A stretch of DNA of 64,000 nucleotides from Cenococcum geophilum (lineage: Eukaryota): assembly GCA_050273025.1 (NCBI GenBank), contig CP158635.1, positions 13,268,001 to 13,332,000 on the forward strand, given 5' to 3'. A program made the position numbers and the translations under genes. Shown here one piece after another: positions 1 through 10,139 of the stretch (its first letter is position 1; each line of letters opens with the position of its first letter). The notes below the pieces were generated by a model. It did no database searches. It saw only the letters and a list, made by a program, of their open reading frames with translations, and had not been told where the DNA came from.

Positions 1-573
1 AGAACACATAGGGCTCTATTTAAGGTTAGGTTAACGTTATATAAATATACCCTAGCCGCAAAATGCACTATTATTAACTTTATTAGCTACCTAAATTAGG
101 AGGCTACTGTCTATAAGCGCCTCTGTCCGATTTAAGGTATATATATACTGGTATATCTAGGAAATATTAATCTTAACCATCTATATTTCTATAACAGTAT
201 TATAGAGATTATTTATATAATGTTCCTTAGTTTTAGGGGGAAACTAATCTTTTAATATATTAACGGCGATAATAGGCTATACCTAATAGAATAGGTTAAG
301 CGCTTAATTCGGGCCGTTTATTAACTAGGAGTTTTGCACTAAGATATAATGCCTTATAATATACTTTGGAATATAGAGGTTAGCAAAGCAATAATAATTA
401 ACTTTAAACGGGCCGAAGTTTTAAAACCATAGGCTGCGCTAGGTGTTATCTTACTAAATTAAAAGAAAAAATGGGTACCTAAAGAGGGTTTAAATAAGCA
501 GCCGGGAGGATATTATAATGAATTTATATAGGAGATATAACGGGTAATAGTAGAACTCCGCGGGTTAAAATAG
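1..573 (+). pseudogene. RIP-degraded C-terminal kinase-like domain of a Spok-family (spore killer) protein; 5' part outside window
   Basis: Frame +1 de-RIPs to GARGALFKVRLTSYGYTLAAKCT..F...L..EAAVYERLRPIQG.HVPVYLGNIDLDHPYFYDGIAEIVHMMFLSFGG...AVHQLGVLHRD.MP.NILWN.....MVIDFERAEVLKPR.ALG.ISPNRKRK, ending at TAG 571-573. Internal stops are TAA/TAG derivable from CAA/CAG/CGA. Motif order matches the Spok kinase domain as I recall it. Confidence 0.75.
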
Positions 574-789
574 CTAGGGTGTTTACCGTATTAGTAAATT
601 AAATAGTCTTTATAGCTTCTAGACCTAGAAACCCTTATAGGCCCCCTTTTTTTCTATTATTCTATAAACTAACTTCTATTTTAAGGATAATGCTATCCTC
701 TACTAGTAAAGAAGACGCTAGTAGAGCGACTAGACTTAAATACGTAATAGGGGAATATAGTTCTGCTTGCTTTAGACGCCAAGCTTAGT

Positions 790-1672
790 TAAATCTGCTA
801 ATTTATTACTAATTAAGTATATAAATACGGCAAATACTCGCTATAAAGGGCGGGGCTGTTTAGCTTAAATCTAATATATAAATTTCCTTTAATAAGCAAA
901 CAATATAAGACTAAAGAGCGTACTATTTAAGCTAATAAATTTCCTCCTTAATTCTGTAGACTTCTCTATCCTTAGGCTAAGCATACCCTTTTCCTCTTAA
1001 ATGCCGTAATCTTATTTCTTACCTTTATAACCCGTTTATCTCTATAATCTAAAGTTTTATTACTACCTCTCTTAAGAGTATAGATTTCGTTTTAAAGCCG
1101 CTTAATAATATCTCTTATCTCTTTCCAGTTACTTCTTAGGTTGTTAATCTAATTGTTAACTTTCCCTAGATAACTTATAATATAGCGGTCGCATTTTTTA
1201 AGGCTACTAACTCTCCTATTAAGTTGGCTAAGCTTATAACTAAGTTAATTAACTAAGCTACCTAGTCTCTCTATTGCCCCTAATAGAGTAAGCTAGGGGT
1301 TAGTAAGCTTTATTAGAAGAAGTTACTAAACGGACTATATTAAGACGGCTTCTTTATCTCATTAGTGCGGAGTAAGTATTTCCTTATAGTTCCTTTCGCA
1401 TTAGCCTTATTATTCTCTAAATCACTCTTACATTCCGATACTAACTAAATATCCTACTTATATTAGTAAGCTGGCAAATAGATAAAACTATAGGGAAGTA
1501 ACTATTATATACCTACCCTACTATATTAACGGCCTTATTGGAGCCCTTAAAATAGAAAGCATATAGTATATCCTAGCTCTATTAGCGGTATCCCATAAAG
1601 GATTTAATATTTAAAGCGCACCTTGGCCTAATACAATATAGTATCCTCTATTATAGTATCTAAGTGGCTCAT
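790..1672 (-). pseudogene. RIP-degraded unknown gene with a coiled-coil-like C-terminal part (putative Starship cargo)
   Basis: ATG at 1672 preceded by TATAAAAGG on the minus strand (~1785); GTAGGT...CAG intron ~1516-1472; Q/S-rich then heptad-like de-RIPed translation (KVDDQIDDLRSDWKEMRD...). No family recognised; ends approximate. Confidence 0.35.
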
Positions 1673-2865
1673 TATTAAAGAGATAAGGCAGCTAATAGTT
1701 TAAGTATCTTTACAAGAAAGTAAGGAGGGATTTTCTTAAAGGATACTATACTTAATATAGATCTAGTTAAAGGATATAAAGGCCTTTTATATCCTACTCC
1801 TCTCTACCACCTAGCTAATAGGAGAGCTAATAGTAGACTCCGCTTTAACTATACCTTAAAAGTCGAGCCGATTTACTAACTTAGGGATACTAGCATAGTA
1901 TTACAAATGCGCTATAATACGGCCACAATAGGAGTATAATCCTTCCTATCTATACCTACCTTTACTATACCTCTATAGGAGGGTTACATTAAACGACAAG
2001 GGCTAGCATTAACCCCTTTCTTTTAATTATTCTAAGACGGCGATATAGAGGCAGCCGGTTAAGCGTTGCTTCGCACAGCAATACCTATCCGGTTGCGTGG
2101 CTTCACTTAAGCCCTATTATACGCCTCAACGTAACTTCCTGTTGCCTTAATAGCTAACAAGCTAGGCCTAAGGTTAAGACAAGGTAAATAGGTAACTTAG
2201 CTTTTAGATAGCCCCAATAGTATAGGGTTTAGAGGCGTTTATATAAAATTATAAACTAGAACTAGAAGCTAATAATAACCCCCTAATAACGCCTTACCTA
2301 GTAGGAATAGCATTATATAATCCACTCCTAACGCCCACCCTTTACAGAGCAGGGTATTACTTAAGTAGTAGACTTATCTTAGCCAGTTAATCTTATATAT
2401 TTACTCCTTATCTATAGCAAAGGAGCTATTAGTGCGTTATAGGGTAGTTTAATTAATATTCTAGCTAAGCCCTTTATAAGCGCTCCGCCTTATACAGGCG
2501 GTATAACAACTCCTATTAATCTATCTTGCGTTAAGGGAGAACTTATATTTAAAACACTAAATAGCCGGTACTTAGGTATATAGACTTATACCCTTATTTA
2601 TACGTTCTACTACGTCCTTATTTCTATAAGTAGTCGGTTTACTTTTTACTTATTATTTATCTATTAAAACACTCCACCTTCTCTTTTTTTACTAGCCGTT
2701 CTATCTAGTTATTAACGTTAATCCTCCTCTCCTCTATAGCAACTATTCTGGAATTTACTTTAGATCCTCACTTATAAAATTAACTAAAAAAAAAGCTAAA
2801 CGCACTATTGTGGATTTAAGGCGTTAGTGTTAGCCTAAGTACTATTAGACTTCTTAATCTTTACC

Positions 2866-4570
2866 ATATATAGGTACCCTCTAGACTATAAAATCGCCCT
2901 TCTCTATTATGCTCTTTTTAGGAAAAATTAAAAACCATACTTATAATAGTATATTTAGATCTAGCAACACTTTTAAAAGCCTATTAAGCAGCCTAAATAA
3001 GGCCTAACAATAAATAACCTAATAAAAAGGCCGGTGTAGGCCTATAAAGATCCTTATATCTTAAGCTAATAATTAAAAAGAAAAGGCTAAAAGTAGCTTT
3101 AAAGCGTAATATACCTGCTAGGGATTAGGTTTATGCTATTTTATTTAGCTTATAAATAAACATACTTCTTCTTACCGTTCTCGTCGGCTTTATAGTTAAT
3201 TATCTTTACGTTAACGGTATTACTATATTTATTGTTAACTTTATTGCTATTATTCCGCTTACTGTAATACTTAGTTACGCTACTAAAGAGATTACGCTCC
3301 GCGCTAATAATATATTAGGTAGTCTTTTAAACGCAACTTTTAGGTACATTTCTCCGCTTCTTATTTATTCTAATATTATCTAATATTTGGCGTAAAAACG
3401 CTATTAAATTAATTATCTCCATCTTAGCCCTAACTAAGGGCTAGATTACTATTATTTAAACTTACTCCTTATCCTTAGTATATACTTCTTCTTTAAAGGC
3501 ATTAACTAGGTAGAACAACATTTCAATATAACAGTAGCAGGTACTACGGCCGGTCTTCTAGCTCTATACGTTAGCAGTCTAATTATTCCAACTACCTTCC
3601 ACTCTACGCTGTTAAGTAAGTTAAATAATAGCTTTAGACCTATAATAGGTACTAACCTACGTAGCTATAAGCCCTAATAGCTCTATACTTAATCTGGAGC
3701 TTTCCCATAGAATAGCTATTATCCTCCTAATTATATACGTTTGCTACCTTATATTTTAATTAAAGTTATATACTAAAATATATAATACTCTAAGCTAAAG
3801 GGCTCCTAAGCGCAGGTCCTCCTATAAGCAGGGTATACCTCTCTATAGTATTATATAGATTAGTGCTAGAGCGCCGGCTATATCTAGAGGCGGAGTAAAC
3901 CAAGAATAGCCTATACAGGATTTAAACGCAGAAAAGGAAGATAACGAGATTAAGGAGCCCCAATTAACGATCTGGGGTGTAATTATAACCCTTAAAATCT
4001 CTACCGCGTTAGTCGCCTTCTATTCCAAGTTTATAGTTAACAGTATTAGTAATATTACGGTAAGCGGCACTATCTCCACTACTTTTATCAGTCTTATCCT
4101 ACTCCTAATTATTAAAAACGCTGCTAAGCACGTAATAGCGGTTATAGTAGCTTATAAGGATAAAATAAATCTAGCAATTAATATTACTATTAGATTTAGT
4201 ATATAAATCGCTCTTCTAGTTCTCCTATTTGTTATTATACTTAATTAGATTATAGGCTAGGATTATATAACGCTTTATTTTAATACCTTTCTAATTACTA
4301 TTTTATTTATTACTGTACTTTTAATAAATTATCTTATCTAGAATAGCAAATCTAGTAAGTTTTCCTTTCTATATAGGTAATCTACTATAACTAATACTAA
4401 AATAAACTGGCTTAAAGGCGTTCTTATTATAGCAATCTATACTATTATTACGGTTACTAGCTAGTTTTATTAAGTTTTAAATCCTCTTTATCCTACTTAG
4501 TTTAAGCCTCTAATTAATATCTTACTCCTCTATTAATATTAACCAGTTTCCATTACCTAGAGCTAAATAG
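2866..4570 (+). pseudogene. RIP-degraded vacuolar Ca2+/H+ exchanger (CAX/Vcx1 family)
   Basis: De-RIPed: ILFSSWINILLL...NFIAIIPLAAMLSYATEEIALR.G..LGGLLNATFG/NAVELIISILAL (alpha-1 repeat, ~3140-3430); FFFGGINRVEQHFN; LILLPIVGNAAEH.TAV.VA.KDKMDLAINVAIGSSMQIAL (alpha-2 repeat, ~4095-4215); NWLEG near 4405. Several introns are recognisable; ends approximate. Confidence 0.9.
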
Positions 4571-5130
4571 GATTTTTAAAAATTGTATATATGGCTTTCT
4601 AGCGAACCCTAGGTTAATCTTCTTATATCTATTAAGCCGTCCAAATTTCCTAAAATGTTACTTTCTTTATTTTCTCTTAAAAAAAATTTATATTTATATC
4701 CTTTTTCTTTTATATAGATTATGTCTTATTATACTATTCTCTACTATATAAATCCTCTTATATATTTATTATACCTATAATAGTGCGAGAGTAATTGCTA
4801 CTATTAACGAATTAATACGTCTAATATATCTCTAGTATAATAGATATATAGGACAGGTAACTATATATAGAATTTCTAAAGTATAAAAACTGGAAGCCAA
4901 TTTATAAGCGACTATCCCTTAACCTAGTATATATAGGGCTGTAAGGCTAAGGTAGCATAAGCTAAAGGCGTAAAGCGAGATCCGCAGTTCCTTTAGAGTT
5001 TAAGGGGAAGATATTTTAGAACCTAGAATAAGAACTATAAGGCGTTTAAGGCCGTTAGAATACGGAGTAGGCAAGAGTAAAAGAGGTAATCCGCTTATTT
5101 AGGCGGTATATATTTACATTAGATTATAAG
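4540..5130 (-). pseudogene. possible small RIP-degraded gene immediately downstream of the captain
   Basis: One minus frame de-RIPs to protein-like sequence (HRLDERIASFALAYSAF...IDVDFFREKMKEVTFQEIWTAQQ...AIFENPIQLQ) with stops mostly explicable as CAA/CAG. No family recognised. Confidence 0.25.
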
Positions 5131-5598
5131 GCTAGTTTTAGCTATATTATAAATCCGCTCTTCTTTCTAATATATATTTAAGTTTACCGGCTTATTAGCA
5201 ATTAAAATTCCTATAAAGAACTAGATAAGTAATAAACGTTATATATAAGCTATTTACTTATTATAAGTAATAAGCAAGTGCCAAATAAATGGTAAATAGG
5301 TAGTAATACTAATACCTTTTACTATAAAGAGGACCTTATTATAAACTCTCGCGGCTAAGTTACCCCCTATTTCTCTTACTTCCCTTACCATTCCTTCTAA
5401 TTAAGAATTCTCTCTAAAGGAAAACTTCTTAATATAACATAATCTATAACTAAAGAGAGAAGGAGCTACCTACTATTACCTTCCTCCCTCCCTTTTTTCC
5501 TTCCCTATTTTCTTTTATTTATTATCTTAAATATAAAGACAGCAATAATAATACGTTTCCCTTGCAATATATACTAGCAAAGGAAGAGTCCGCGTATA

Positions 5599-8282
5599 TT
5601 AGTGAGACACTCTATATACATTAGATATATATCTCTTAAAATATATTATGCCATCTAGCTTAATGGAATATTTAGGGTAGCGACATTAAAACTCTCTCTA
5701 ATATTCGGGGCGTCGAAAATAGGTATCCATATACTTCTTTAGGACATCTTTTTATAGTATATAGCGTATCCGTTTTTTATATAAGAATTTATTATTACCT
5801 ATATAAATAAGGTATACTAGGTGGGGAAGCTCTATAAGATATAACTAAACTATCTTAGCTTTAGCGGCGTCTAAAGTGCTAAGCTCTTATTAAATAGTCC
5901 CACAATATTTATTATCCGGCAACTCTTCCTTTAGGGACACATAATCGGGAGTTTAGTAATTTAAGGTACTCTTAAAACTGATATCCCTTCGCTTTTACAC
6001 GTAAGATATTTTCTTATTTTTAAAAATAACAAAGTCTATTTTCTTCTATTTTAAAGGTTTGCGTTAAGCCGTTTCTTATTAATAACACAGTTAAGCTAGG
6101 TTTTTGATAAACTTAACCCGGGCATTTTTATTTTTAAAAGATATAAAAAGTATTCTAGCAATGGTAGCCCGCTCTAGAAGTTTAAATTCCTACCTTAGCA
6201 GTATTAATACCTTAGTTAGGCCCTTCCCACTAAGCTGCCTAGCTATCTCAATTATGTTAATTAAGTCGTGGAATTTATAAATAGCGGTTATTAATCGTTC
6301 CCTCTATAACTTTTAATACATTATACCAATATTCCGCTTAGTCTCTTTATATTACTAGTATAATTTAGTACCTTTAGCCTTAGTAACGGGGTAGAGGCCT
6401 TTACTGTAGATAAGGTTTTTATATTCTTCTCGTTCGTCACAAAGCGCTCTAAGCTTAGGGTTATTGCGGACTTCTTCTAGCTAGTCGTTATTAAGCTCTA
6501 TAGGCGCTCGTCGATCTTATAATAGCCCCATTTTCGCGACAGATTTAATAAGGAGATTCTATAAAAGACTTCTAAAATAGATACTCTGGTAATCGCTTAT
6601 AATATACATTAGTATATAATATCTCTCGTATATACTACTAAGATGGCCTATAGTCTGGTTCCGCTCTTCTAAAGTAAGAGTGTCTATCTATATAATTAAT
6701 ATATAACTAGGTCTAGAGGTAATTATTAAGCGGACCTACCGTTAATATTTTTACCTAAAGCCTATCGCAGCTAGTACAGCTCTAGTGCCTCCTTAAACCC
6801 AGTAATAAGCCCTAGGCGTATAAATATATCACAGTATTTAGCGTATAGAAAGGCCTTTTCTTTTATAATATTGCCACCCCTAGTTATATAGCTAACGTTA
6901 TAGAAGAATAGCCAATCTAGTACTTCGTCCTTTTACCCAATATATAGCACGTCGCGGTGCGCCAGTACCTTAAGGTTAAAGATATCTTAAACACTCGTAA
7001 AGTTATCTTAGAATGCATTTTAACTAACGCTAATAGCTAAGATATATAAAACAATACAAAACGTAGGAAGGTCTTCTAAACGGAAGGTAAATTTCTTTCT
7101 ATAAATTTACAGTTAGTAGGATATATTATTTAGACACAGCATAAAGCTTACAGTTTACTATCCTTTTCTTTATTCTTAATATATTCTAGGTTTATATTCA
7201 CCACAACTATACTCTTATTAGAGTGTTTCTTACTACAAACAACTATAATATTAATATTCTTAAACCAGACGGCTTTATTACTACCTTTAACACTAGCACT
7301 TTCCACTAAAGCGCCTAGTCTTATAGCTATAGCTGCACTAAATAGGAGAAGAAGCGAAATTTAAACTTAAATAAAGCTATAGAGTAGCTTAATATCGTTA
7401 ATCTAGAGAGCGTGGAGGATAGTATAAAGGTCTTAGACAAACATAGCGTACTTTTCCTTTTACAACTTATTAAGCTTAAGGCTTAGGATCCACTTCTATA
7501 GCTATTAGCCTACCTTAAAGGAGGGGTAGGAACTTATATTGTAAATATTATTAAGGATATTACTATCCATCTAATAACGTGTAAGGTCTATATAGCACAT
7601 ACTAATTCATTTCCAATAGCTTCGCATTAAGCTCTCCTTCTTAATTCGAAAATTTCTCTTCCGCTAGCGGAGATATGCTTTAAAAACCATCGGGGCGCAT
7701 TTATACAGCTAATTATCTGCGGTTTTTTAGGTTTTCTTTTTAATCTTTAGGCAGTACCTAGTTTATAGTAATTAGAGGGTGTAATAACGAGTTAGCAGAA
7801 ATTTTTATAATTTACATCTCCCAGATTTCGCCTTCCCTCTTCCATAGTTTCTTAGTATAAGAAGTATGGTTTAGTTTCGCGGGTCCCTCCTCTTCTAATT
7901 CAGCAATATCTTTTAGTATTTCCTCAGCTTTAGAGTCTAATTCCACGTCTAATCCCGCATCTAACTCTGTATTAGACTCCGCATCTAATTCCGCATCTAA
8001 TTCCGCATCTAATTCCGCATCTAATTCCGTATCTAATTCCGCATCTAATTCCGTGTCTAGTTCTCCAGAATCTGAATCTATACTATCTTCTAAACGAATA
8101 TATATATCTAGATCGGTATCTATATCCGAGTCTAGACTTTAGAGTCGTGAATTTAAGTTTTAATAAACAGCGGCGGCGTAGAGTGCTCCTCTCCTCTCCG
8201 TCCTATAAGCCGGAGCAGCTACTTTAATAGGCGTACCACTATTCTAGCAACGGCGAGTTTGCTAAATAGGTAAGGTAAGCAT
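5599..8282 (-). pseudogene. RIP-degraded Starship captain (DUF3435 tyrosine recombinase with C-terminal C2H2-like zinc fingers), 5 exons
   Basis: ATG 8282, stop 5599-5601, four GT-AG introns. De-RIPed motifs: EGPAKPNH...KLWKREGE.W; FKAYLRWR....RIKKESS..SYWKR; LLLL.SAATATRPGALVES....SNKA.WFKDI (catalytic R ~7320); ELYQLRRASG (~6765); ERNQTMGH..GTYERYY (catalytic H and Y ~6650-6615); MGLSRDRRAP; PVCLICIG...KKHVDTHF...CRHPKC...HFKRHA.DVH. Confidence 0.92.
7935..8060. repeat. 12-bp tandem repeat (TCTAATTCCGCA)n encoding an acidic (ESDA)n tract in the captain N-terminus
   Basis: About 10 units are visible; the minus strand reads GAA TTA(<TCA) GAT GCG in frame with the captain. Confidence 0.9.
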
Positions 8283-9130
8283 TATAAATAAGGATTAAAT
8301 TGCGGGAGAGGAAGTGGAACGAGGATAGTAAAGGAAGAGAGAGAGGAAGTAGAATGAGGGTAGTAAAGGGAGGAAGTGTGGGGAGAAGGCGAGCAGGCCA
8401 TTTCTTTAAGTAGACGCTGGCTTTTCTATATGGGCTATACCATATTAAATTAATATAAGCGCCGACGAGCTTTGCTAAAGCTCGTGTCCCGTTTCTGCCC
8501 CTTTAGAATAATAGACGGGGTATAATAGGGATTGCTTAAGCAAACAGAGCTTCTTTAAAGCGGCGATGTGATAGGGTCTAAGCGAGGTAGGAACGCCGCC
8601 AAAAGCGGCGGCCAACAACCCCCAAAAACAGATGCATTCCCACCACTATATATATTTACGTAGGTATAAATAGAGGTTATAGAAGAACGTATATAGGTAT
8701 TATAGGATAAATATAAGCACGGATTAAGAACGTTAGAACGCGTAGGGACATAAAAACGGGTAAGTCTCGTAATAAGGAGCTAGTTTTAGACGTGTTCTTT
8801 CTACCTAGTATTTATAGGTTAATACCTATAGGGGTAAGTAGGGGTAACGATATAGTAGATCGTGGGTTTTAACGGATTTCCTTAATTTCCTCTTTAAAAG
8901 ACTTAATCGTCTTATAATATTAAGCTTTTTAGCAGGTAAGGGATTCTATAAAGACCTACTATAGGCCCTTTATTTATTTGGTAAATATAGTATATAAATT
9001 AGTTATAAATATAGGGGCTTTTAAGTTATTTTATATACCAAATAGGGCGGTATAAGGTATAGGTTTAACGCAATATAGTATTATAGAGTAAGTATAAGCG
9101 ATAATAATATATCGCAAAGTAGATATTATT

Positions 9131-9755
9131 AACCTATATATATAAGCTATATAATAAAGCTAAGACATTAGATAAGGAAAGAATGTAAGGAAATAAAAGG
9201 AAAGGGTATTTATTATTAACTTAATTGCTTAGTTAATATATATATAGGGCAGAATAGGATTTAAATAGCGGTCCTAGCAGAACTTAGTAGGATTTAGTAA
9301 ACTTGGTAGAATACAATAGAATACAGTAAATTGCCATAGATTACGGTAAATTGCGGTCTTGTGGTTGGTCTTTTATTGCTAAGTCGGTAGAAACAGGTAG
9401 GTGTATATAAGGTATTACTGGGGTGTTATTACGGAGTAAGCATAAGCTATATATATGAACTGTATAATAAGGTCAAGACGTTACATAAGGAAAGAAGGTG
9501 AGAAAACGGGAAGAAAGGGTATATATTATTAGCTTAGTTGCTTAGTTAATATATACACGGAGTAGAATAGGATTTAAGCAGTAGTCCTGGCAGAACTTGG
9601 CAGGATTTAGTGGAACTTGGCAAAATATAGCAAAATGTAGCAGATTGCCGTCAGGCTGCCGCGGATTGTTATCAAATTGCCGTCTTGTTGTTGGTCTCTA
9701 GTTGCTAAGTTAGTAGAAATGGGTAAATGTGTATAAGGTATTACGGGAGTGTCCT
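9131..9755. repeat. diverged tandem duplication, period ~313 bp
   Basis: 9131-9430 and 9444-9755 align (e.g. ttgcttagttaatatata, agaataggatttaa, gtcct.gcagaactt.g.aggatttagt, tataaggtattac). Confidence 0.8.
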
Positions 9756-9768
9756 ATAATAGGTGTCC

Positions 9769-9987
9769 TATAATAAGGGGTTTCCTAGGCGTATAGTTAT
9801 ATATTTAAGGACCCTTAATCCCTACTATAGATAGTTCTCTCTTTATAGTAAATCTTAGAATATAATCGGAGTCGATCTATTAGGTAACTACTCTACTAAT
9901 TATTATTATATTATTAACTTCTTATTTACCTATATACCTAGCCCATTAACAAGTCTACCGTAGTATTTCCTATAAGGCTTTATTATA
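9769..9987 (+). repeat. 5' LTR (short form)
   Basis: Termini tataata...tattata (RIPed TGTAACG...CGTTACA); the last ~190 bp match the end of the 3' LTR. Confidence 0.75.
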
Positions 9988-10139
9988 CATTTACTACTAA
10001 GGTTATAGTATTAATAAAGTTAAATAATATACCACTAAAAGCAGCCGCTACGACGCTGTTAACGGTAGCAACTATATTAGGATTAGGTAATAACACTAGT
10101 ATAGTAAATACTAACTCTTAGCTAGTTACTATTAGATAA

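Larger units (their letters stand above)
1..8650 (-). mobile_element. RIP-inactivated Starship giant transposon, captain-proximal end; cargo continues left beyond the window; right boundary approximate
   Basis: DUF3435 captain relic at 5599-8282 (-) with several RIPed non-transposon genes downstream (left) of it. Captains normally lie at the 5' end of the element. No direct-repeat pair can be checked because the other end is outside the window. Confidence 0.75.

Noticed and set aside
7935..8060. CRISPR-like or telomere-like array
   Set aside because: No spacers, eukaryotic context, and the repeat is in-frame coding sequence.
8640..8680. 5S rRNA fragment or TTAC direct repeat as the Starship target site
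   Set aside because: No convincing 5S match. TTAC at 8656-8659 is on the strand opposite the captain orientation and is common in RIPed DNA; it cannot be validated without the other end.
9427..9485. 59-bp mini solo LTR (tattacgg...cgttaca)
   Set aside because: Both apparent termini fall within or at the junction of the 313-bp tandem units, and the flanks give no TSD.
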